This document shows, one piece after another, positions 43,701-56,231 of a stretch of DNA of 64,000 bases; the stretch's first letter is position 1, and each line of letters starts with the position of its first letter. The position numbers were made by a program, and so were the translations under genes. Source of the DNA: Balanoglossus misakiensis (taxonomy: Eukaryota > Animalia > Hemichordata); the NCBI GenBank assembly GCA_040954595.2, contig CM082578.2:14166304-14230303 (forward strand). The letters are read 5' to 3'. The notes beneath the pieces are model-generated. The model was not told the origin of the DNA. It was given only the letters and a program-made list of their open reading frames with translations, and did no database searches.

Positions 43701-45962
43701 AAATTTCCCAGCAGTCAAAAATTTATATCCAGTTCAAGAAATTCTAGTCCACCCAGAACAACCCAGAATGTAGTTGTATTCAATTAAACTGGGATACAAA
43801 ACGGCACTTGTAAGAACAATGATTTTTACAGGTTGCTATGTACAGAACTCTTTGTCATGCAGCTTTGACTTGGTAGTCGCTAATGTTATCTTATCTGGAG
43901 TATTCTAGCTGTAATTTATCTCAAACAACTAGATGGTCCCCCAAAACAGAGATTTACAGCTGACTGAGTGAACAATGGTAAATATTATTCCCGATACAAC
44001 GTTACCCCTCTGACATGATGCTGTACATACTGCTGTAACAAATTACCATGACAACCATTGTGCACCAACCATTCTGGTGAATTGGCTCATTGTGCTGAGA
44101 GCAGTAAACACATATTTTAACAATCAATACAAGTAAGCATTAAAGTCCATCGTACACATTCTCGCAAGCTCACCAGGTAGTTTACTGAATAGTGCTATTG
44201 TTTTATGTTTTCATCTTCTTTTTTAAAGGGAAGTACAAAATTATAAGTCTGGTCATCTTGGGATCCTTGCAACAATCCCATTTTCAAAATCCATTAATGT
44301 CACAAAATTATGTTTCTGATACAACTGAAAATTAGTATTTTATTGTTTTGATTCAATGGGAACAACATTACTAGCATTTTGAATGTTTTTATACCGTCTT
44401 GAAAAAAAATTACTGGCATAAATCAACACAGACTTACCAGCTGAACAAAAGTTGTAATTTTCATCCTCTTGAAGATTTCATTTTGTTTGTATCTGTAATC
44501 TAGAAAGTAAAATAGACCAATCAGTTGGCTTGTTGAATAAATGTTTGCCTTGAACAGTTGCATAAGGATACACCACAAGTAAACATTTAGACATATCTCT
44601 GATAACCCAGTTCTGGATGAGAAGGTGAATCATGATACAGCAAGCTACTTACTTTTTGTGAGAAAATGAAGTCTGTCTGCCAGAACCCTGGGGTCTGTGA
44701 TTTCAACAGTGTTGTTGGAAATCCGACTCAGTTTTGAGTTTCTGTTTTGAGGCATATCGGATTGTGTTTTGGAAACACTGAACAATTAGCTCTTGCTAAT
44801 CCCTTCTCACTGAAAAGATGACTTTTTCCCTGTCTTTGGCTGCGCTTTGGCAAAACAAAATTGTGATCACGCACTCCCTAGGCCAGGTATGTACTCTCAG
44901 TTACATTGTCAGCGCTACGTCGGTTTTTCAACAGCCAAAAACATGTAAGCAGATCTGTGACGGACTCGACGTGTGTGTTTGCTGCCTGTGAAGTGGTATG
45001 TGAATACCCTCGTGTCTAATTATATCCGCTATTCGTACACTCCAGTACCTTCTATGCTTCTACGCATCAACCCTAGACAATAGATGGCTATGGCAACTGT
45101 TTATGTTACATATGTATGAGATGCAAATGAGCTGATTATAAACTAACTGTACATGGATATGTACCATTGATCAATTTCGGAGAGTTGTGGTCACGTGATC
45201 TCAAGAAACTCGCTTCAAACAAAATATGAACTGTAAAAAAAATAAAAATTGAAGTCGCTTAATTTTTCATGAGATCGTTAAGTAATTTATCCACTTACTT
45301 CTACGAACATCCTCAAGTTTTGCCATATATTTGTTGACACTGGCACCTGAAATAAACGCATTTATTTACGCAATTATTACATATTCTAGACATCGTTCGT
45401 TTATACAGGAAAACCTGTCGTCGATAATTCGATGTGCGAATTTTCTCAACGAGGAAGAATTCGTCAGGTTCGTGTCGGCCATTACAATGACGTCAGGTTT
45501 GCTATAGTTACGACAAACGCTATGTAACCCAGTTGCATATGTTGTATTTGAACTACAATCAAATGTTTTATATACATGTAAATTCTGGTAACCATAGAAG
45601 TTCACCGCTAATATAAAATTGTAACGCGATAAAATAATAACAGGCACATAATACGTATGTACGAGCGTTAAAACACGCGTACATGACTTCCGCTCGCTCA
45701 AATGAATGACACAGTCGACTTCAATGTACGTAAAAAAACTTACCTGTGTCCAAAGTAGTTTTGATGTGAGCATACCTGGGGTTTTCAGGTATCCTTTGAT
45801 TTAGGATCTGTAAGGAAAATGTTGTAGCCATAGCGTTATTCTTGTGATGAAAATTTAAAGAACAAGTTCGCGTGTTTAAATGGGAGGACAATACCGTCGT
45901 TGACCAACTGTCAGAATATTTTTCAAACTACTCACATCGGATTTTCTACTGCGGGCAGACAT
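37771..45962 (-). CDS. CEP41: Centrosomal protein 41 kDa (rhodanese-like domain, ciliary protein)
   Basis: Twelve exons: 45962-45936, 45807-45744, 45346-45299, 44499-44438, 42300-42249, 40022-39881, 39737-39586, 39069-38996, 38717-38603, 38454-38296, 38157-38101, 37871-37771. Motifs include [100 protein letters not shown] and the C-terminal PWK*. Confidence 0.95.
38158..38295 (-). other. U12-type AT-AC intron in CEP41
   Basis: 5' splice site ATATCCTTTT, branch site TTCCTTGAT about 13 nt before the terminal AC. Splicing restores [15 protein letters not shown]. Confidence 0.9.
38718..38995 (-). other. U12-type GT-AG intron in CEP41
   Basis: 5' splice site GTATCCTT, branch site TCCTTAAC (38736-38729) just upstream of CAG, and no polypyrimidine tract. 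Confidence 0.9.
39774..39867. mobile_element. ~90-bp piggyBac-like MITE, copy 2 (fills most of a CEP41 intron)
   Basis: AA|CCCTTTCACC...GGTGAAAGGG|TTAA terminal inverted repeats. Related to 31239-31331. Confidence 0.65.
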
Positions 45963-46290
45963 GTTGTGTTTTGATCGATGACAGGAAAGGACAAGGCCCT
46001 CTATGCGAACTGAAATATGTTAAAGTAAAGTATTGCCCCAAAAAGTTTCTTCCTATGCAGCTACAAATGAAAAAATTAACACGAATGGAGTGATTCAATA
46101 CATATTACACACTACTAAATTTCATTTTGTAGTAAGATTTGGGGGGAAATTTAGTCTATACTTTACTTTTTAGTCCTAAATTATTTTACCTGGCTTAGAG
46201 GGCCCCAACCGCGGGATTTGAATGTCATTGCATGCTGGGATTGACAAAATGGCTGCGACCATTGCCTGACAACAAAGTTGGTACGTTTCG
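45963..46290. promoter_or_regulatory. Bidirectional CEP41/MEST promoter with a probable MEST non-coding first exon
   Basis: Head-to-head genes in locally CpG-rich sequence. ZNF143/Staf-like TGCATGCTGGGA at 46229-46240, YY1-like AAAATGGCTGC at ~46246, and a splice donor TTG|GTACG at ~46281. Confidence 0.55.
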
Positions 46291-46973
46291 TGCGCTTTCG
46301 TCGCTGGTAAAGTCAATTTTCGGTGCGCTGACTGAATTCTCACAACGTATTTAGTGACTCACATCACATTTCTGTGCGTTTTACTGTACTTTTTTGAAGT
46401 TATGTTGTGACTTATGATGGCAATAGGCATGTACGAACAAGCACCGCAACTGAGACGGGACGTTCGCCGGACAAGTTGTGGCTCGGTGGTTCCTGTCTGA
46501 GACATGTCTCATGCGTCTTGAGTCAAGAGCGTACGTCGGAAAAAACATAATAAAACGATTACGCGTCCCTTTAAAACACATGTAATACTGATGCACCGAA
46601 AGTCGACGATGTCTACCTGGCGGACGGAATTTGCTCATGTCTGCAGTTCAGGAACATGACCTTTGATCTCATATTTTTTACCTCCATCCTACAACAAAAT
46701 ATACACGTTTACCATGGACGTGCTACTGTATGTCTTGTATTTTGTTCAATATAACGTTTTGAAACTAAAAATCAATAAAAACTCGTATAAGGTTTTACAG
46801 AATTTGTGACCACAGGAAAGTTTTCAAACACAGGACACCTCAGTCCCTCCACACAGGGACATACACTGACACATATAAACATCACTGACTTCTAAAAATA
46901 CCTGAACAGGAGGAGAAATGTTTCCTGTTCTGAAGTCCTTTTTCATTCTTCACAGACAAACTTGCTATAAACC

Positions 46974-49900
46974 ATGGCCAAGTTGTACATCCTGACTGTA
47001 GTATTTATCGGTGTTCTTGCTGTCTTTCTGAATTACCCTGCACCCGAATTGTCAGAGAATTTGAAACAGTGGAAAGAAAGAGGCAAATACTTAAGCTATG
47101 GTGATCACAAAGTCTTTTTCATAGGTATGTAAATTTAAAAATATGAAGGTCTTACCAAAGATTTGTCCATTAGGGAGCTGCAGTTCCAGAATTGAATAAT
47201 CAACTTCTGCACAGAATAATGATAAGCCTGGAAAGATTTTGACCCCAAGCTGGTGCTCTCGCAAGATATGTGATGTCTTCTCAATTGTGTCATACACAGA
47301 TTCTCAGGGGCAAGGATTGGCAGGTAACATGGTAATATGTCTCCATGGATTTCCAACATCAAGCTATGATTGGAAAGAGGTGATCAATTGTCTTTTTTAT
47401 GTGTGCATCACTGTAATTGAAAGTGCAATCACCAGCGTGATAAACATTGCCCCATTCATGACAGGTGACATGTAGATAGCACACAGGTGATACAAACACC
47501 TTTAAAAAAATATATAAAGCCTTCCATTTTTTTTTGCCAGAAGTGTTGAAATAATGCTAATTCTACCAATCAGTTCCTTTCAAATAAATAAGCCGAGATA
47601 AACAAATTCAAAAGAATTCAGTATGAAAAAAGAAGAAGCTAGAAGACCAATGACATTGATTTGATTTTCCTAAATGCAAGACAAGATCACTTTCTTGAAT
47701 AAACATGAGTACATGCTGACAGCCAAGAAAGTGTTTTCAACATGACTTTAGAATTCTCTGTCTCTGAAACACAGTGTTTCCATCTTGTAGGTGTGGCCAA
47801 AGCTGTTGGAAACATTTGATAAAGTTGTAACACTGGATTTCCTTGGATATGGATTTTCTGATAAACCTGTAAGTTTACGACGCTGTCACTTTTTTCCATG
47901 ACTGATCACCCACTGGTTGTGAGATTTGCATGCGAATGTTTTTTTGCAGACCCTCATCGCTGGCTTTTTAGTTTTGCTTTAAATAATAAATGAATAAATT
48001 GTGAAAAACACCTGCACATGCCATGCACCTGTATATTTTAGAGTCTAACTATAGTTGAGATGAGTTTGGCAGTTTTCTTTGCCTGCTAAAACTAAGTTCA
48101 TTTTCTTCAAAATGTAAAATAACAAGCGTCATCAGAAAACACAAATTAAGATTTACACTCAATATCCATTTCCATATTTTGCAGAAATCTCACAACTACA
48201 GCATCTTTGAGCAGGCAGACATTGTTGAAAAATTACTGCTAAAGCTGGAAATCAAACAAGTTCATATCCTTGCACATGATTATGGTGACACTGTGGCACA
48301 AGAACTACTCTACAGGCGAGAAAAATAACATTCATGTTTAATATTTTAATGTTACAAGTCACCACATTCAAGTTTCTTCATTTGACAGCATTTATATTTC
48401 ACATTGGATGAATAAAGAATACATTTTTTGTGCAAATGTTGATAGAAGTAAGTACCAGTAATGTTATCCGTGATTTTTTTTCAAACTAACCATAGATTTG
48501 ACAACAAGAAGTTCAGCACATATCATGATCTAGTTATCAAGAGTGTTTGTCTTCTAAATGGAGGTATGTGATTGGTCAATTGAGTAATTGAATATTCCCT
48601 TGAGCTTGAAGCCCAGCATGGCTACTGTGTTCACTGTCTCAAGCTTCCTGCATCCAATTTGACTTTGTGTGACCTTTAAAACTGCTCTATTAAGAAAATG
48701 GAGATAATGAAGTTCAAACGACCTGTTCATGGCTTAGTTTCACTCTTTTCATTCATGTAGGGATTCTACCAGAAACAAATTTCCCATTACTGGGCCAAAA
48801 GGTAGAGTATACATCACTGAATCTGTCAGTTCGACCATTTTTACATTTTACACTTTGTAGGCATATTGCCAGAAACTCATCATCCAAGACTAGCACAAAA
48901 GGTAATGCTCATTAACATGTTTGTAACCACAACTGACACTAAGGAAATCAAAAGTACTGGTGCAAGTAATAATAGCAAATAAGGGATGTTTAAGTATGCT
49001 TTATACTGGGCATAGAACAAGTACAAGAATTTCTTTCTGGTTATTTTTTCAGGCTTTACTGAACCCATGGTTTGGGTCTGTGTTGAGTCGTCTGACAAAT
49101 TACCTTTCCTTAAAGAGAGGGTAGGTAGAATAAATTTCTTTATTCCTGGAAACCAGATAAACTAAATAATCCAGTGGATGTCCATAAACACACAACAGGG
49201 TCTGATGAGTGTCTGTTGTTAAAAAAACACTGATCAAAGCTCTTTGCAGGTTTTGAAAGACTGAAACTCCTCCAAGCCATATAGGTACTGACAGGTATTA
49301 TCTATAACACATGCACAACAAGCTGTATGTATAAACCCATGTTGTATGTGATTTTGTTTTACTGCCAGTTTGGGTGAGGTGTTTGGAGATCGGACACAGC
49401 CGACAGCTGATGAGATGTTTGACTTCTGGACAGCAATCAGATTTAATGATGGTGAACAGATCAGTTACAGGTCAGAAAATTACTTTTGATGAAAAACTAT
49501 ATGCGGGTGGTGTCACAATTTTAAACTACTCTCTCCGGTATTGCAAATTATATTATACCAGTATATTGATGGTGTAAATCACGCTATTTGATTGGTCGAG
49601 ACACGACACGTGACCGTGATATATTAGCCATATACCACAGTCATATATCATGGTCAAAGAAAATGCCTTTTTAAAATGTTTTATGCAAAGTTTCAATATA
49701 CTGGCATAATATAATAGCAATAAAACACCCCCAGCCATGGTATTCCACTCGATTTTGACCAGTTCAACTCCATATACGCACTCGCTATCGCTCGTGCGTA
49801 TATGTCGTGAACTGGTCAAAATCTCGTGGTATACCATGGCTGGGGGTGTTTTATTGCTTAAGCATTGTATGGTTGATACAAATGTGTACATTTTCCTGAA

Positions 49901-50706
49901 ATTCAGACAAACTACCAGTGTACACAGTCCAGTGGTTAGATTTCATACTTCTAAAATCAAATCTTAACATCATCTTACCCTTTTCTCACCATCAGATTAT
50001 TGCAATATATCCCTGAGAGACACGCTAATAGAGATCGATGGGTAGGAGTCCTACAGACAACATCGCTACCTGGTAAGCACACAGCTGTTTGTTCTTCCCT
50101 CTTTACAGTATTGTAGATTCTTTCATTTTTAAAAATCAGTTTCTGGATACACTGACACAATATACAATTTCACAAGCAATTGTCTGTTGAGGGCGCTGTT
50201 CAACATGTCCCAGATCATCTTTTCACTTAAAAGTTTTTCCCCGTTCGCAGTTCGAGTGATATATGGACCAGCAGACCCTGTGAATCCTCCAGTATTCATG
50301 CAGAGATACAGGTGAGACACCTGTTATGTCATTAATAAATATTTCACACCCTCAGAGTACTAATGAAAAGGTTTTCCCCCTTGTATTAAAACTCTCCGCT
50401 GCAACTTTACATATTCATCCATTGCAGTGAGTTTATCCAAGTTCCCCTTCTCCAGTTGCAATAACTTTTGGTTGTCTTAAAACAGATATCTGTTCTATAA
50501 ATATGACAACTGCATTATAATCACTTGACTATCATGATTTGTATTTCAGGGAGTTGATTCCACACGGCGTCATATCACGGCTTGATTCTCACATCAGTCA
50601 CTACCCTCAGCTTGAAGATCCTGTCTCTACTATGGGTGCATACATACAATTCTTACAATCAAACAATTTCATCGAGTCAACTTCAAGTGCTTACAAAAGT
50701 GCATGA
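46974..50706 (+). CDS. MEST: Mesoderm-specific transcript homolog (alpha/beta hydrolase)
   Basis: Exons 46974-47124, 47300-47379, 47791-47868, 48185-48315, 48496-48563, 48761-48801 or 48861-48901, 49053-49120, 49369-49470, 49996-50072, 50251-50311, 50550-50706. Motifs include [65 protein letters not shown] and [11 protein letters not shown]. Confidence 0.96.
49552..49862 (-). mobile_element. Double-hairpin non-autonomous element, Crypton-A/Eulor5-6-like, in a MEST intron
   Basis: Inverted repeat 49552-49569 / 49693-49710 (17 of 18 bases match), plus a long imperfect palindrome at 49716-49858. On the minus strand it begins TTAAGCAATAA and the hairpin closes with TTATTGCTATTATA. Confidence 0.6.
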
Positions 50707-51405
50707 TGGCAGAATGGGAGTGAGCAGTGTAAAAACTTTTTCCATATGAACAGTGACACCATGTGAACTATCACATCATTTGGATGTTAGGAGAGCTGGG
50801 TTTAAAGGTTTTAATCAGTCAAGATTTTATGGCATCAAGAAGTAATTCTTTTTATGTACTGACGCAAAGATGAATGATTCATTTTCATGAAAATAAATTT
50901 ATGCAAGTAATCAGTTCAGACTGCAATTATTTTGTCCCACCATGCGGTCCAACACACTTCAATAGCAGGGTCCCAAAATTGAAGAACATTTGTTTTCCGA
51001 AGACTTGGAACCACATCTTTACACACGGTTATAGTGCACATACATGCCAAACACTCGCTCACGGTAAACAACTTGACAACACAAATGTTTTTGTTTTTAT
51101 TTGTCACATTTATTTTTTTCTGCCAACATTTCTGAAATTGCCATTCTTGAAAATCGCACACGACAATCGCAAGGAAAGTGTTGCCAGAAAGTATAAAACT
51201 GTATCAAATACAGTGAATGCATATATTTCAGCTCTCTCTTTTTGTTTTTCACAATGTACTGTGGTGATGCCTGCCCCTTTGTATACATGAAATTTGGTGC
51301 ACAAATCTGAATCTGAATCTTAAGTAAGCGCTCACTGATAAAAAATAATCAATTATTATGAGACTTTTGTGGACAGGGGTTATCAGGTCACCACAGCCAA
51401 TTCTT

Positions 51406-54400
51406 TTACATCAAAGACTGGATAATAGCACTGCGTTTAGTCAACACATCTTCTCGCTTGGCAGAGTTTATTCTCTCTGCATCCACATATTGGCCCTTGG
51501 TGAACTTGCCACTGACGATTCTCTCAGCATGCTGCACTGATTGTCCAACCAGCTCTTTGAGTTGGCTTTGCAACTTCTGAATCTCAGATACCTAGAAAAA
51601 TACATAGTTAATTTGAATGGGTTGCCAGAAACTGTCAATGACACAATTCCTTTATATCAACTGAAAGAAAGACTGCCGACTTCACAAATTCAGCCACAAG
51701 ATCTAAAAGTTAACTTGACCGACCAAGACAGCATACACTCTCAGAACAGTGTATTAGGTTTTGGGAAATCACAAATAACACAGACAGAGTATAAATATAC
51801 AAACAAATAAAACATCTAGAAGTGACTGGCATACCTTCTCAGAGGCATCAGTTCCCTCTTGTTTGAGAGTTGCCAGGAAGGCATTGATGTTGTTGGTGTA
51901 GGAACGGTATTCCTGATCCAACTTCTTTCGTGTGTCATTGAAAGCTGCAGAGGAATATTGAATGGAATTAATAAATTCATCAAAGATTTCAGATTATGCT
52001 CATTGCACCGCACACACACACACAGAAGAAAACAAAAATTGCAAATACTTTTGTAACTTACAGTTGGAATCCTTTGATGATTTGAATTTGGTGATAGCTT
52101 CGTCATAGCCGCGATAGAGATTGAAGCGCTTGTCTTCAGCCTTCAGGATTTGCTCCACCAAACCAGCAACACGCAGACGAGATTCAGTGGCAGGATCCTG
52201 ATTGACATGAAACAGATCATGTTGGTGTCAGGGCCCTTCAATGTTGAATATTCACTGAAAACTTCGAGAGAGACTTAGAGCATAAAGGTGATCCTTGGAA
52301 TACAGTAGCAGTGAAATGGTGAGAAATACCTTGGAGATGGAGAAATCCATTCTGACATAGACGATGACAATCAAGAAGAGCAGATAGAAGGCACCCACGA
52401 CCAGCAGAGGTTCCTGAAGCAGCAAAACCTTTTGGTATGTGTAGTGTAGCTCGAAATCTTGTATGTGTTGCTCCACCAGGTTATTCTTATGGGCAATGAT
52501 GACTGGTCTGCCCAGCGTGTCAAGGTACGTGTAGTGACGTTGAAGATTCTCTTGTCTGACATCATAGGGAGGGTTGAACTCGATGCCCCTGTAAGCAAAA
52601 ACAATGGTTGAAATAAAAGTCCTTCATTCATTTGGCAAAACAATAAAATTCCCCTGAAATAACACACAGGATGTTAAACACCAGTCGTAAAAACAATAAA
52701 AGATCAACCATGGTATTTTTATAAGACAGACGGAACTACATACGTACTTGCAACCTTCTGGCAGAATGATCTTGACTGTCAATTCATCCACTATCAAGTC
52801 ATCAAAGATGTGATCCAAGAAACGCATCTGGAGTACATAAGAGTCACCTGTAAAGACAAATCAATGCTTTTTCTTTTGTGCATTAAGATCATCCAGGCCA
52901 GCAGAGGCCTATCACAAAGTTTAAGTGTAAAAGATGGAGGTGGCCCACTGTGCAGATGTCACATACGTAAACATTTCACCGTATAAGTGATTTTTTTTCC
53001 TTCATCACATTTTTTTTATTTTAACTGTGGTGTAAATGGCAATTTAAATCACAAAGCAATATCACTGGACCTACCAGAGTTGAAAAGGTATTCATAGGTT
53101 GGTACATTGTATCCAATGTAGTAGTGAGTTTTCCAACCACCAAACAGTGGAAAACGTGGTCTCAGTTCCAACTCAACATAATCATCTTGTTCAATCAAGT
53201 GACTGGTGGAAATGTTCCCGATCTCATCACGATAATAGACATCCCTGGCAGAGGCTGGTAAAATGGTCTGCAAAGTAAATGATGAAGATGACATAAATCA
53301 GAATGACAAACAGCGCCCTCTATGGTCATACTGGAAAGAAAACTTTGTCCCATTTTACCTTGAATGACTTGATAGATGAAAATCCATCTTGAGTTCTCTG
53401 GTAGTCGTAGCGTGAGAAGGATCCTTTGAGCGTGGCTCCAGTGTGACGTACATCCAGGGTCTCTTCCACAGCAATGTTACCCCAGTGAGACACTTCAATC
53501 AGGCGTTCCATAGTTGTCACTGTCAGGAATGCATTGTTGTTTTCGTAGTGCACTTTCATGTTGTCCTGCGTAAAAAAATCAAAACAAAATTTAGACTTTA
53601 TCATTAAATCTGTGGCAGAAGTTTTATGCCACAATAGTTGCAATCATTTGTGTACCTGATGTAAACCTGTTGCAGAATAGTGTTCTCAAGGGAAAAAATG
53701 TTATGACTGCTTGTCCAGTAATTATATGAACTAACTAAAATGCTGACAACAAAAAATGACAACCAACCTTGCTAAACGGTGCAATGTTTTCATAAGGACC
53801 ATATGTGATCTGCTCTTCAAGTGCGGACACTGGATTAAGTTTGCTGTATGTTTCAATGCTGGATGATGGCAATTTGACTGTTGTGGTTTGTTCTCTGATT
53901 TGATAGGGACTGTAGATGTAGTGATTTCCTGTGAACTCGACGAATTGTTTCTCTCCCTGTGTTATTTGAGATGGGAAAGGCTGCATTGCATGACTGAAGA
54001 TTTCATCTACATTGACAGTAACAGTCTTGTCAGCTCCAAGGCTATCTTCTAGCATCACTTTGTAAAATTCCTTGTTACTGTAGAGAAAATAGTAATAACC
54101 AAGTCTTTCAGTTTCACAACTTCATGGGTAAGATCCAACTGACATTTTTAACAAACTCTTGGCCAAGATCTGTCATCTGTTGTTGTTAATAACAGACAAC
54201 AGACAGCACACATATTGTTCTGTTACTCACCTTTGACCTTGAACTGTTGTTTTTTCAATGTCAAGGTGAATCACTTCATCCTCTTCTTTTATCTAGAAAT
54301 AAATTTTTTCCAAAATTATACACTATTATCCAGCCTCATCATTTCGACCAATATGTTAAAATATGCATTCTTATATAATACACCTCAGCCCAGGCTGCCA

Positions 54401-55076
54401 TACTTTTATAACGAAAATGGAATTCATCTGAATGATCAACAACAGTAGTTTTTTCCCCACTATGGTACAATAATTGTGTTTACTGGTTTTAGCCCAAAAA
54501 TTATGTGAATGGACTCGTAACATCAACATGGCATCCACTGATCCAGGGTAGGTCTTCTCTTCGTTTTTGAGCCACTGTTGCAAAATTCTAAACGGCAATC
54601 AACTGCTAACTGGGACTGGTCGAACGGGGGGTTTTGTTATGCACGAAAGAAAACGATCTATATACAGGGTGACATCGCTATCACTAGTGAGCCCCAGCCA
54701 AAAGAAATCCAGAAGGCTGTCTGCAATTCGAACCCGGAAGTGATAGCCGATCCAAACACGATATCTCACTTTTTCTGGGTTGTGATGCACAGAGCATTTG
54801 CCAGATTTGCAAGAAAAATGATCTTACCACTGCACCAACGTACGCCAATTTATCGACAAGAGTTGGTTCAACGGCGAGCAGGAACGACGTTACTGGTGAA
54901 CTCCCCTTGTTTTCAAAAGTGAGTGTTGTTGTCTGCTTGACCAGCTGGGACACAAGATCCACCGTTCTTCCGGCCTTAGTTATGACCAAATCACTGCTGA
55001 TTTTTCCCGGCTTAGCAGTTGTAGCCAGAGACAGAAGTGTAGTGAAGATGGCAACATAGACTAGATGGCGATACAT
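51406..55076 (-). CDS. RPN1: Ribophorin I (oligosaccharyltransferase subunit 1)
   Basis: About 10 exons. Signal peptide [20 protein letters not shown], then [59 protein letters not shown] and the TM segment [28 protein letters not shown]. Confidence 0.97.
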
Positions 55077-56231
55077 CTTGTCTTGTTGACGATGATTAGG
55101 GATTTTTCCCTAGTCGTCAGCTACAAGTTCAGCAGCTAACAATGGCTGCCGCAAAGAGGACCATCATCCTTTGCAGTAGTAGCCACGTCAGCTGCTCCCA
55201 TTGGCAGACGCATATGCGAGACTCACTGCACTGATCGCATGCATGCAACAGGTTGGCAACAGTACAGTTAGCTGCAGGCCTACAAAACGACTGTGATGAT
55301 CACACACGAGAAATGTACAACTGTGTACACTGTTTAAAACGGCACATGATGATAAAACACTAAGCTTGTTTGCTTGTTTGGAAAAGGCCGGTCGTATCAT
55401 ACTTCAGAGACAACTCTTTTATGATCGAAAACCGGCTCAAGACTGCATGACTGCGGGACGACTGCTTTCTCTTTTTCTAAATTTAATAGCAACAGTGCCC
55501 GATGTCATCTGGTATATACGTAAAATTACATAAACAGACAATAACTCTAATTCGTTAATGGGTTTCAATATAAAGGATTATCACTCCAGGTCCATTTTAT
55601 AAAGCAGTAGTATTCTTTATGACGAAAGTGCATTAGAACACCGGCTTTGCAAATTAATCTTTATCAGTAAACCTACTTATTACGCGAGTTTCGTCCCTTG
55701 TAAATCGTTGTTACATGCACCTGTATTTTCAAAAAGCCTTTCTTAACATGTTTGCAGACGCTATCAGCCTGACCCAGAGGAGAAAAGAATCAGGTACTGG
55801 TAGTCCCGACGCCGGGTTCCGAGTCCGATGATTTTACACATAATTGCGACGCAGCGGGTGTCTTCGCTGAAACAGTGAAATAAAAAATGCAAAACTTACA
55901 GCAAAATGTACACATATACAATGTATATATATAACAATGTAAAGGAAGATCTTGTAGTTGGGTCTCAGATTGACCGTATCAAGTCAAACACAGTCAATCC
56001 ATAGCACGAAAAATGAACCAAAACATATCTCCAGACCCCTGTGCCACAGATAAAGATAGGTTCATTATTAGAATATAGATATTTTATTATTGTTTGTGCA
56101 AAAGTTGTTTTAAGTTTCTGATTTGTGGGTGGTTTCGACAAATTGAAGATAGGTTGTGGTGTGTCGGTAGGGAGACGTCTGTGTCTGTGTGCTAGGCCTA
56201 ATCTATGACGGCCAATTCCTGAAGCCACCTC

